Shown: in pieces, positions 38,516-47,500 of the stretch | How positions within the stretch are numbered: position 1 is the first letter of the stretch | Layout of the letters: each line of letters begins with the position of its first letter | Source: Elusimicrobiota bacterium | GTDB taxonomy: Bacteria > Elusimicrobiota > Elusimicrobia > UBA1565 | Length of the DNA: 64,000 bases | Direction: 5' to 3' | Assembly: GCA_041661185.1 (NCBI GenBank) | Contig: JBAZUV010000004.1 | Span: forward strand, 9,987 to 73,986 | Notes under the pieces: model-generated | What the model was told of the DNA's origin: nothing | Databases searched by the model: none | What the model saw: only the letters and a program-made list of their open reading frames with translations | Made by a program: the position numbers and the translations under genes

Positions 38516-40897
38516 TCAAAGCGCATTGCGGGCCTCGTATTGCGCGTACTCCGGATGCTTCTTGAAGAGCTCGGGCGGGATGTTGAGCCCGGCCAGGCGG
38601 AACTCCTCGTAGAACTTCGGCGGCTTTCCGCAGCCGCTGAAGAAGCCCTGGGTCTTCCCGTCGGCATCGACGCCCGTGGCCACGTATCGGAACAAGTCGT
38701 TGGTGAGGATGGTGTTCTGGTCGCGGCCCGTGACCTCCGTGACCCAGGTGCAGCGGCGCTTGCCGTCCGGGAAGCGGGTGATCTGCACGACCAAGTGCAC
38801 GGCGGAAGCGATCATCTCGCGCAGGGCCCAGATAGGCAGGTCCGCGGAAGCCATCATGCACATGGCCTCCAAGCGCGTGAGCGCGTCGCGCGGGCTGTTG
38901 GCGTGGATGGTGGCCAAGGAGCCTTCATGGCCGGTGTTCATGGCCTGGAGCATGTCCAAGGCCTCGGAACCGCGGCACTCGCCGACGACGATGCGGTCCG
39001 GACGCATGCGCAGGCAGTTCTTGACCAGGTCGCGGATGGTGACCTCGCCCTTGCCCTCGATGTTGGGCGGGCGGCTCTCCAGCCGGATCCAGTGCTCCTG
39101 CAGAAGCTTGAGCTCCGCGGTGTCCTCGACGGTGATGATGCGCTCGTCCTCCGGGATGGAGGAGGAGAGCATGTTCAGGAAAGTGGTCTTTCCGGTGCCG
39201 GTTCCGCCGGAGATGATGATGCTCTTGCGCACGCGCACGCAGGCCTGCATGAAATCCAGGAGCTCCTCGTTGACGGAGCCGAAGCGGATAAGGTCCTTGC
39301 CGGAGAACGGGGTCTTGGAGAAGCGCCGGATGGTGAGCGTGGGACCGCTGACCGCCAGGGGCGGGATGATGGCGTTGACGCGAGAGCCGTCCTTCAAGCG
39401 AGCGTCGACCAGCGGCACCGACTCGTCGATGCGCCGTCCGATGGGCGCCACGATGCGCTTGATGACCTGGATGATCTGCTCGTCGTCGCGAAAGCGCAGC
39501 GAGGTCAAGACCAGCTTGCCGCCCCGTTCGATATAGACCTTGTCCGGGGCATTGACCATGATCTCGTTGACCGCGCTGTCGCGCATGAGCTCTTCGAGCG
39601 GGCCCAAACCCAGTATCTCGTCGAGGAGTTCGGCCACGAAGCGCTGGCGCAGGTCGCGAGAGAGCGGGAGGTTGGCCTCCTTCTGCAGAAGGCTCTCGAT
39701 GATGGCCGCGATCTTCTGGCGGACCTCCGCATTGCGCTCGTCGGAGTCGCTGATGCGGATGCGCTCGGTCTCCATGGCCGCCACCACGTGGCCGTGCATC
39801 TTCATCTTGAGCTCGTCCCAGAAGGCCGGCAGGTCCGTGGGCCGCGCGATAGGCTTGGCCTTGGCTTCGCCGCCCGGGCCGGCCATGGAAGAGGCCGTGG
39901 GTTTCCAGAGCAGGTTCGAGCCCTCGGAGAACTCATGCTCCTCCACCGCGGAGTGGCCCCAGGCCTTGGGACCCGAAGGGGTTTCCAGCATCTTGCCCAA
40001 GAGCGGGCGCAAGGCCTTGGCCCAGTCCGAATGCGGCTGCTCCACGACGAGGATGCGCCCCGTGTTCGCGAACTCGGGCAGAAGGTCTTCCCACGGCATG
40101 TAGGAAAGGACCCGCTTGTTCATGTTCGCGAAGAAGCGGTCGACTTCCTTGGGCGCCAGGGCGCCGGGCAGGTTCGCCTCGTTGAGCACGACCTCGAAGC
40201 GCTCCAAGGGGAAGTGCAGGGCCTTGAACTCCTGGAAGAGCGCGTAGGTGGACTCGAAGTGCCCGCGCTGAGGCAGGCAGGTCCAGAACACCAGGTCCGC
40301 CAGGTCGAAGGAGAAGACCTGCATCGGGAAATAGGGGTCCACGTCCAGGAAGAGGTCGTAGGACTGCGAAAGGCTCTCCAGGATGGGCACGATCACGTGC
40401 GGGGAGGTCTGCAGGACCTCCGAGCGCTTGCTTCCCAAGGGGAGCACGCCCACTCCCCACTGGGAGAGCGGGATGCGGCCCTTGAGCAGCTTGCTGAGCA
40501 CGGCCACGTCCTTGCCCACGAACTGCGTCAGGCTGGCCAAGGTCGGAGGCTGGAGCCCAAGCTGAAAGGAAAGGTCCGAGCGGCAAAGAGGGTCGAGCTG
40601 GACGATGAGCACGTTGCGGCTCTGCGTCCCGGCCCAAGCCAGGGCGAGATTGAGCGCGATGGAGGACTTCCCGACGCCTTCCTTGGGACCGGAGAACACC
40701 ACCACTCGGCCCGAGGACCGCGGCGTGGAGCCGGTCAGAGTCTTCGGCGCCGGAACCGTCGGAAACGGCGTGCCCGCAGAGGCCGGAGGAGCGGGGAAAG
40801 ACACGAGCTCCCCAGCCGGCGCCGGCGGCGTGGGCCTTTTCCCGGGGCCCGTGGGGAGCCCCGGAGTGCCGATGAACGGCGGAAGGTCGCTGGCCAT
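38516..40897 (-). CDS. Fused CpaE/TadZ-like (MinD/ParA-fold) domain + CpaF/TadA secretion ATPase
   Basis: The N-terminal ~330 aa carry a deviant Walker A (VVFSGPKEGVGKSSIALNLA) typical of CpaE. The C-terminal ~450 aa are CpaF (GGTGTGKTT, VTVEDTAELKL, VGECRGSEALDML, GHEGSLATIHAN). Confidence 0.85.
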   Translation of the reverse strand: MASDLPPFIGTPGLPTGPGKRPTPPAPAGELVSFPAPPASAGTPFPTVPAPKTLTGSTPRSSGRVVVFSGPKEGVGKSSIALNLALAWAGTQSRNVLIVQLDPLCRSDLSFQLGLQPPTLASLTQFVGKDVAVLSKLLKGRIPLSQWGVGVLPLGSKRSEVLQTSPHVIVPILESLSQSYDLFLDVDPYFPMQVFSFDLADLVFWTCLPQRGHFESTYALFQEFKALHFPLERFEVVLNEANLPGALAPKEVDRFFANMNKRVLSYMPWEDLLPEFANTGRILVVEQPHSDWAKALRPLLGKMLETPSGPKAWGHSAVEEHEFSEGSNLLWKPTASSMAGPGGEAKAKPIARPTDLPAFWDELKMKMHGHVVAAMETERIRISDSDERNAEVRQKIAAIIESLLQKEANLPLSRDLRQRFVAELLDEILGLGPLEELMRDSAVNEIMVNAPDKVYIERGGKLVLTSLRFRDDEQIIQVIKRIVAPIGRRIDESVPLVDARLKDGSRVNAIIPPLAVSGPTLTIRRFSKTPFSGKDLIRFGSVNEELLDFMQACVRVRKSIIISGGTGTGKTTFLNMLSSSIPEDERIITVEDTAELKLLQEHWIRLESRPPNIEGKGEVTIRDLVKNCLRMRPDRIVVGECRGSEALDMLQAMNTGHEGSLATIHANSPRDALTRLEAMCMMASADLPIWALREMIASAVHLVVQITRFPDGKRRCTWVTEVTGRDQNTILTNDLFRYVATGVDADGKTQGFFSGCGKPPKFYEEFRLAGLNIPPELFKKHPEYAQYEARNAL

Positions 40898-40912
40898 ATA
40901 TTATAGACGGCT

Positions 40913-41719
40913 TTATTTCACGATCTCGAACGTCACGAAAAGGAACAACGATTTCTGCTCTTCCAAGACGCTCGTGGTCGTGAAAAGCAGCCCGAGGATC
41001 GGGATGCGGCCCAAGAACGGGACGCGGGTCTTGGTCACGTTCTTGTTGCTGGACTTGAGTCCGCCGATGACGATGGTCTCACCGCTCTTGATCTCGACCT
41101 CGGTCTGGATCTGCCGCGTGACCATGGAAGGCACCGAAGTGTTCCCGACCGTCACGGGCTTCGAGTAGTCCGGGTTCGAGACCTCCAGCTGAAGCTGCGC
41201 GTCGATATAGTCCTTCTTGTTCGGATTGACCACGGGCAGGATGTTCAAGATCACGCCGAATTTCTTGTACTCCACGCCCACTCCCTGGTTATTGGCGACC
41301 GGATAAGGCTGCTCGCCGCCCACCACGAAGTTTGCCTGGGTGGCGGACTTGGTGATGACCTTGGGATTCGAGAGCAGCTGGGCCTTGCCCTCGGTCTCCA
41401 GAAGCTTGAGCGCGGTCTGCAGCTGGGTCAAGCGCTCGAAGTCGCCGATCCTGATGATGCCCGGGATAGGCGCCTTCTCCGCGAAGTTGATGCCGGTCTG
41501 GAAAGGCCCCCAGCTGAATCCCACGTCCTTGGAGATCGAGCCGCTGATCTCCACGACGTCGGCGCTGACCGCGATCATCACATTCTGCGCGTCGTCCTCG
41601 GCGGCCGCCTCCTCCTGCTGAGCCCTCAGGACTCCCGGAGCGAGAGCGAGCAATCCGGCAAGCAACACCCCTGTGAGGGCGCTTGGCCTTCCCGTTGAAC
41701 TTCGCTGTTGTCGTTCCAT
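40913..41719 (-). CDS. Minimal secretin (CpaC/RcpA-like; secretin C-domain only)
   Basis: 268 aa with a signal peptide and the secretin signature (LLSNPKVITKSATQANFVVGGEQPY, GVILNILPVV, GETIVIGGL, TRVPFLGRIPILGLLF); no N0-N3 domains. Confidence 0.8.
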   Translation of the reverse strand: MERQQRSSTGRPSALTGVLLAGLLALAPGVLRAQQEEAAAEDDAQNVMIAVSADVVEISGSISKDVGFSWGPFQTGINFAEKAPIPGIIRIGDFERLTQLQTALKLLETEGKAQLLSNPKVITKSATQANFVVGGEQPYPVANNQGVGVEYKKFGVILNILPVVNPNKKDYIDAQLQLEVSNPDYSKPVTVGNTSVPSMVTRQIQTEVEIKSGETIVIGGLKSSNKNVTKTRVPFLGRIPILGLLFTTTSVLEEQKSLFLFVTFEIVK

Positions 41720-41762
41720 GGTTGTCGTACCGTTTCTTACATCCCGCTAAACAACGCCCCGT

Positions 41763-42518
41763 CTATCTAAATAGTCTCCTGAAGCTCGCCATCTCCAAGG
41801 GGTGCATCTCAACATCCCCCAGGCCGCGCAGGATCACCGTGATGTCTCCCTGCTTCATGGCCAGAGAGAGATACTGCGCCTCCACCGCGTTGAGCGCCAC
41901 GCTCAGGATGCCCTTTTCCGCGAAAGCCGCCGACTGTTCGTCCTTCTTCTCTTTGTCCGCGAAATCCTTGGCCGCCATCCCCTGTCCGAGATTGCTGCCC
42001 ACGCCCAGCACGAGCGTGTTCTGCAGGATGGTGGCCGTGACCTTCTCCTTGCGGTTGTCGGCCATGAGCGCGTCGAAGGTCACCATCACGTCCACGCGGT
42101 CGCCGGGCTTGATGAGCTTGAGGAGCTCGTTCTCCACCGGGATGACGGCCCCGCGGTAGCCGGAGGGGATCTTCACGCTCAGTCCCGTGGTGGGCGAGAG
42201 CGGCGTGACGATCGAATGCGAGAGCTGGTTGCCCTTGGGAATGCGCACGCGCGTGACCAAGTTCGTGATCAGCTCGATGTCCGAGGGCGTCTTGACCTCG
42301 AAGGAATCCTGCGCCATGTATTTGCGCGGGATCTGCATGCCCTGCACGAGGTCCTTCTTAAGGAGAGTGCGCTCGGGCAAGTCCACGCGGGCCACGAGCA
42401 CCGTGGTGTTCTCGTGCGACTTGGCCAGCTGCTTCTCACGGCTGGTCAGGACCAGCAGGTAGAGAGCCGCGGCCGCCACGGCCAGGACCAGAGGGATCAG
42501 GACGCTCTTTTTTTCCAT
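41763..42518 (-). CDS. cpaB: Flp pilus assembly protein CpaB/RcpC (SAF-domain)
   Basis: 251 aa with an N-terminal TM anchor and CpaB-like beta-rich domains (VLVARVDLPERTLLKKDLV..., GDRVDVMVT). Confidence 0.8.
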   Translation of the reverse strand: MEKKSVLIPLVLAVAAAALYLLVLTSREKQLAKSHENTTVLVARVDLPERTLLKKDLVQGMQIPRKYMAQDSFEVKTPSDIELITNLVTRVRIPKGNQLSHSIVTPLSPTTGLSVKIPSGYRGAVIPVENELLKLIKPGDRVDVMVTFDALMADNRKEKVTATILQNTLVLGVGSNLGQGMAAKDFADKEKKDEQSAAFAEKGILSVALNAVEAQYLSLAMKQGDITVILRGLGDVEMHPLEMASFRRLFR

Positions 42519-42555
42519 GGTGCGTCTCCTTTGAACAACGACGTCAACACCGGTG

Positions 42556-43050
42556 CTATTTGAAAAGCGGCCGTTCTATCGGCATCCTTACGATGGCCCG
42601 CAAAAGCCTCGCCTTCTTTCCCGGCTGATCGGCCAAGACCACTCCCGTCATCGGGAAGACCATGGGCACCACGCGCCGGACCTCGACCTGCACGTCGTAG
42701 TTCATGCAGCCTTCCTGCGGATCCAGGAGCGTCGGGATCGGACCCTGGACCGATGCGAACGCCGGCGTCGGCGCCTTGAACATCTGAGCCACCACCTGCT
42801 GGGCCTTGGCCGGATCGAGCGAGGGCACCGCGCAGGAGGCCGAAGGCGTGCTTTTCGCCGTCAAAGAAGCGATGCGCGCGGCCTCGTAGGCCGCATGGTG
42901 GAGGAGGATGGTCTGGAAAGCCAGGAACCCGATCTCCATGATCATGAACATCAGGAACAGGAAGATCGGCAAGATGAGCAGGACCTCCACGAGCACCTGC
43001 CCCTCCTGCGCGCCCGAAAACTTCGGCGCGCGAACCGATCTCCAGACCAC
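42556..43050 (-). CDS. TadE/TadF-like pseudopilin
   Basis: TadE N-terminal motif GQVLVEVLLILPIFLFLMFMIMEIGF. The start is reassigned to the GTG at 43050, preceded by AGGAGGAGGGG; the ORF upstream of it overlaps flp in another frame. Confidence 0.6.
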   Translation of the reverse strand: MVWRSVRAPKFSGAQEGQVLVEVLLILPIFLFLMFMIMEIGFLAFQTILLHHAAYEAARIASLTAKSTPSASCAVPSLDPAKAQQVVAQMFKAPTPAFASVQGPIPTLLDPQEGCMNYDVQVEVRRVVPMVFPMTGVVLADQPGKKARLLRAIVRMPIERPLFK

Positions 43051-43100
43051 CCCCCTCCTCCTGCCGCCGGCGCTTCGTCCGGCGGACTGACGCCTTGCTG

Positions 43101-43292
43101 TTAGTTCGGCGATCCGACCGTGCTGGCGGCTCCGGAGATCATCTGCATGATCTGGTTGAAGATGCCGCTGATCTGCGGCTTGAACATCTTGCCGATCACG
43201 AGGATGACGCCCACGATGACGGCCAGCATCATCAGATACTCCACCGTGTTCTGGCCGCGCTTGCTGCGAAGGAACTCCTTCCATTTCTTCAT
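43101..43292 (-). CDS. flp: Flp-family type IVb pilin (flp-1)
   Basis: 63 aa; MKKWKEFLRSKRG|QNTVEYLMMLAVIVGVILVIG has a prepilin-peptidase G|Q site and a TVEY hydrophobic core. An SD-like AAAGGGGAG lies upstream. Confidence 0.8.
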   Translation of the reverse strand: MKKWKEFLRSKRGQNTVEYLMMLAVIVGVILVIGKMFKPQISGIFNQIMQMISGAASTVGSPN

Positions 43293-43368
43293 TCCATTCT
43301 CCCCTTTACGGATATTCTTCCACCCTTAAACAAACACCCCTTTCCGTTCTTAGACGACCCGGCATCCC

Positions 43369-43391
43369 GGGGAACCCTGCCAGGGTTCCCC
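43369..43391 (-). other. Stem-loop between the two flp genes (possible attenuator/processing hairpin)
   Basis: ggggaaccctg-cc-agggttcccc forms a 10-bp stem ~25 nt after the flp-2 stop; there is no U-tract. Confidence 0.3.
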
Positions 43392-43413
43392 CTACCTGAC
43401 GCGCAGGGGCCTC

Positions 43414-43569
43414 CTAAAAGTACGCAGTCAGAATCGCGATGCCGGCATTCGTGAACAGCCGCTTCGTCTGGCCCTGCAAGATCCGGTAGAGCGTGGTGAA
43501 GATGAACAAAAGCATCACGGTCATGAGCAGGTATTCCACCAGCGCCTGTCCGCGTCGTCGACGATGCAT
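43414..43569 (-). CDS. flp: Second Flp-family pilin (flp-2), 51 aa, below the ORF-track cutoff
   Basis: Hand translation gives MHRRRRG|QALVEYLLMTVMLLFIFTTLYRILQGQTKRLFTNAGIAILTAYF*, from the ATG at 43569 to the TAG at 43416-43414. It has the Flp G|Q-x-x-VEY motif. Confidence 0.7.
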   Translation of the reverse strand: MHRRRRGQALVEYLLMTVMLLFIFTTLYRILQGQTKRLFTNAGIAILTAYF

Positions 43570-43587
43570 CGTTCATCTCCAAGCCTA

Positions 43588-44568
43588 TCAGAATTTCACC
43601 TTGAGAGACAGCATGTCCGCCGTCCCCAAAGCGCCCATCGAAACCAGCGAATAATCGAAAGCGATGCCGTAGCCGAAGGCCTGCGCGGTATAGAGTCCGA
43701 TGCCGAAGCTCCAGCGCGGGGACCCGATCAAGGGATACATGAAGCTGCGGTCTTTCTCCATGACCTGCCCCATGTCGTCGGCGTTATAGAAGCCCGCGCG
43801 CAATTGGACCTGCCCGATCTGCAGAAGGTCTTCCGGCAAGGTGAATTCCGCGCCGGCTCCCAGCCGCGCGGAGTTGTCGCTGGCCTTGCTGATCTCTCCG
43901 GTCAGGGTCAAGAGCTCCAGTATCCGGCCCGAGGCGCCGACGCGGGTGACGGAGGCGACCTTCGCGGTCCCGGCGCCGATGTTCTGGACGGAGGCGCCCA
44001 AGGTCCAGCCCTGGGCCGGACGCAGGAGCAAGCCCGCGTCGCCCACCACGGAGCTGCGCGCGGAGCCCGCGTTGTCCTCGTGCACGCCCTTGGCGCTGAC
44101 GCCCAGGAAGAGCCGCTCATACCAGAAGGAGCGCGCGAGGCTCAAGGTCGCGAAGCCGTTCTGCACGCGGATATCCGAGGAATCCATGGGACGCCCCTGG
44201 TCGTCGCGCGCATCGAACCCGTCCACGGACATGTAGGCGACGTTGGCTCCCGCCACGGTGCGGCCGAAAGGATGGGCATAGCCCATGTAGAAGGGAGAAT
44301 CGATCTCCTGGACATACCGGTAATAGGAGTAGACGAACTCCTTCTGCTGGGCCAAGGCCAAGCCCGCGGGATTCCAAGTCAGGGCGTCGGCGCCCTCGGC
44401 CAAGGACACATAGGCCCGGCCCAAGGCCATGGCGCGCGCGCTGCCCAGGCCCAGCTTCATGAAATTGGCTCCGCCCGTGCCCGCGGAAGAGTCGATAGCG
44501 GCCGCAGGAGCAGCGGCCGCGAAAGCCAGAACGCATGCCATCGCCGCGCCGCTCATCTTCGTTCTCAT
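43588..44568 (-). CDS. Outer-membrane beta-barrel protein (PorV/PorP-SprF/TraF-like N-terminal motif)
   Basis: 326 aa with signal peptide MRTKMSGAAMACVLAFAAAAPAAA, the motif GLGSARAMALGRAYVSLAEGADALTWNPAGLA, alternating beta-strands and a C-terminal Phe. Its start overlaps the upstream gene's stop (ATGA). Confidence 0.65.
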   Translation of the reverse strand: MRTKMSGAAMACVLAFAAAAPAAAIDSSAGTGGANFMKLGLGSARAMALGRAYVSLAEGADALTWNPAGLALAQQKEFVYSYYRYVQEIDSPFYMGYAHPFGRTVAGANVAYMSVDGFDARDDQGRPMDSSDIRVQNGFATLSLARSFWYERLFLGVSAKGVHEDNAGSARSSVVGDAGLLLRPAQGWTLGASVQNIGAGTAKVASVTRVGASGRILELLTLTGEISKASDNSARLGAGAEFTLPEDLLQIGQVQLRAGFYNADDMGQVMEKDRSFMYPLIGSPRWSFGIGLYTAQAFGYGIAFDYSLVSMGALGTADMLSLKVKF

Positions 44569-47500
44569 GGGATGAGCACCTTGCGCACGACCTGCAGGGG
44601 CGTCTTTTCTCCGCGGTTGGGCTCCTCACGGATGAGCACGAAGTACACGCCGGGCGCCACGGTCCGGCCGGCGCTGTTGGTCTTCGTCCAGACATAATCC
44701 ACATAAGTGTCCGAGGCCTGCACGCCGAAGTCCCGGCTGAAGACGACCTCGCCGGAGAGCGTGTAGATCTTCATCGTGACCTTGGACTGGACCGGCACGT
44801 AGATGTGCGTGCTCATGCTCGTTCCGCGCACGGGGTTCGGATAAAGGATCGTATTGTTGGCGAAGTCCGCCTCGGGATCGACCGAACCGCTGCGCACCAC
44901 CGGGACCTCCGCGATGATGAGGTCCTCGGCCAGGGACGCTCCCAAGCCCACCCCGCCGGAGATGCTGTCGATGGCCCGGATATCGGTGGAGGCCACGATC
45001 TTGAAGAGATAGTTGCCGTCCGGCACGATGGTCAGCCGTTCGTCGGTCCCGTCCCAGATATCCGTGATCTCCGTGCGCGCGGGCCGCACGCCAATGATGC
45101 GCTTGACCAAGCTCTGCGACTCCGGAGGCGTGGCATTGCCGTTGCGGTCGAAATTCGTCCCGGGTTTATAGATTTTGATGCCCACCTTCATGGTCTCGGA
45201 GACCTGATAGGCGATGAGCGCGGTGCCCGCGTCCGGCCGCAAGGGGCTGACCGCCACATCATAGACCCGCAAGGGGTTGGCTGAGATGGTCATCTGCGCC
45301 GTGGAACCCGAGGAGAGCACGGAAGCCAAGTCCTCGGCGATGGCCTGCACGGTATAGAAGCCCGGGCTCACGAAGTTCCCGGAATCATCGCGCGCATCCC
45401 AGAACTCGCGGTTGACGATGCCGGCGTCGCGCACCTGCCCCAAGACCAGGGTCCTGACCACCTGCGGCGAGATGGACGTGCTCAGTATCTGGATGGTGAC
45501 CGAGGACTGCCGGGTCAGGGAGTATTCCACCTGATAAGGAGGCAGCGAAATGGTCTGGCTGGAATTGAAGAGCGTGGGGACCGTGGGAGTGACGTTGAAG
45601 ATCGGGAACACGATGGAGCCGCGCGCGACGGTCACATTGCCCACGATCTGGTCCGTGGCGAAGTAGCGGGGCGTGGTCGTGGACTGCGCCGCCAGCACGA
45701 ACACATAGGTCCCGTCCGGCACAAAGAGGCCGTTGTGGTCGCGTCCGTCCCAGAACTCCGTGATCTTCATGCGTCCGGGCCGCATGCCCTTGATGACGAC
45801 CAAGGGAGTGGTCGGAGAACCGTTGCTGGTGACCTGCGCGCAGGCGCCGGGCTCGATGCTGCGGCACGGCGGCCATGTCGCCGTCGAGCCCGTGATCACG
45901 GTCCCGGGAGGATAGAGGCTCCAAGCCGCCTGCATGGGCTGGGAGAGCTGGTAGCTGATGGTGACCACGTCCGTGGACCCGGTCAAAAGCGGGGTCACGA
46001 CCACGTCCGTGATGCGAAAGAGATTGACCGAGAAGAGCGCGGTCACCGTCGAGACCTTGGACGGCACGAAAGGATCCGCGGCGGTCAGCTGCGCCAGATA
46101 GGTGCCGGAAGTCACCCAGAGCCCGCGGTCGTCGATGGGGATGTTCCAGCGGTCGCGGTTGGCGAAGTTCGCGGGCCTCGATTCATTGGCCACGAGGGTC
46201 TTGACCAGATTGATCCCGGTCTCGTCGTAGATCTTGAGATTGACGACGGCGTCGCGCGAAAGCGTGTAGCCGAAAGTAAAGGGGTCCAGGCCGGCTACGG
46301 AGGGCGAGGAGCCGATGACCGTGGAGGAAGGCCCCACCTGGCTGATGGTGACCATGCCGCGGCTGACCGTGATGAAGCCGCTTCGCGCGTTCGTAGACCA
46401 GATGCGCTGATCAGCAGGGTTCCCATTGAAGGAATAGCCGTTCTGTGAAGGCAGGGAGGCATACAGGACGAAGACATAGTCCCCATCCGGCAGGATATTG
46501 CCTGCGGTATCGCGGCCGTCCCAGATGCTGAGCACGCTCTTGCGAGAATCCTTCTGCTCCTCAATATGCCGCAACAGCGTCGTGGAAGGACCGAAGTTCT
46601 TAGGCACAACCCCCGCAAGATCTCCGAGAGAATTGACGCTATTGAGCCCCTGAGTGAACTCCGTGCCTGGAGCATAGATATCAATATAAACCGTGGCCGG
46701 TTCCGTGATCTGGTAGCTCAGCACCGCCAGGGAGGTGGAAAGGTCCATGAGCGGCTGGACCCGGATATCCGTGATCTGCAAGGTATCTAAGGAAATCTGC
46801 CGGGTGGCTGCCGCTCCCAGATCGAAGCCGAACTGATCTCGCACCATGGGCTGCAAGGTCGCCAAATACACGCCCGGAGGAGCCAAGTCCCCGTTATCCC
46901 AACGCCCGTTCCAAGAGTCCCCATTCTGCAGGCTCCCGTTCGGAACGCCTTCGCCCACGCGAGGAATCCCCGGAACTACGGTACGGATGACGGGGAAACT
47001 CAAGGCCGGATTCGCGGTATTATGGATAGTGAGATACATGGTGGCGTCTTTGGAGAGCCGGTAGGTCAGGTTATAGGGCTCTGCGGCCACGCCCGTAAGC
47101 TCGCCCACGACCGTGGGCGTGGAACGAACCACATGGACATTCGCCACGTCCATGGTGATAGGCGCTTGGTCTACGAATATTCCATTTGCTCCGGTATCGT
47201 CGCAATTCCCCGCGCTATCCAAAGCTTTGGTCGCGCCTGAAGGATACGCCCGAGTCTGCGTGATATTGATGTTCCCGCTGGCCCCGGTTTGGTTCGTGGC
47301 AACGGTCCCGCGGAACCCGAACTGCCCGTTCGTTTTTCCAAACTCACCCAAAATGTTATAGGCCCCGTCCCAAAGCACGCAGGTCGTGGGTACTGCCGCG
47401 TCGGCGGCGGGGTTGTCCGAGTTCGTATCCCCTGGAATGATGCCGGGGTTATCAACAAAAAAAGTACGGATCGGCGGCGCGGATTGCGGATCAAGAGGAT

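Noticed and set aside
43040-43100. Intrinsic terminator after the flp gene at 43101
   Set aside because: A GC-rich imperfect hairpin (gccgccgg...ccggcgga) exists, but no U-tract follows on the transcribed strand. In addition the AGGAGG Shine-Dalgarno and GTG start of the TadE-like gene lie in the same stretch.
43289-43582. 97-aa ORF between the flp gene and the OMP gene
   Set aside because: It has no pilin or other motif and it overlaps, in another frame, the hand-translated 51-aa Flp pilin, which has a canonical prepilin signature.
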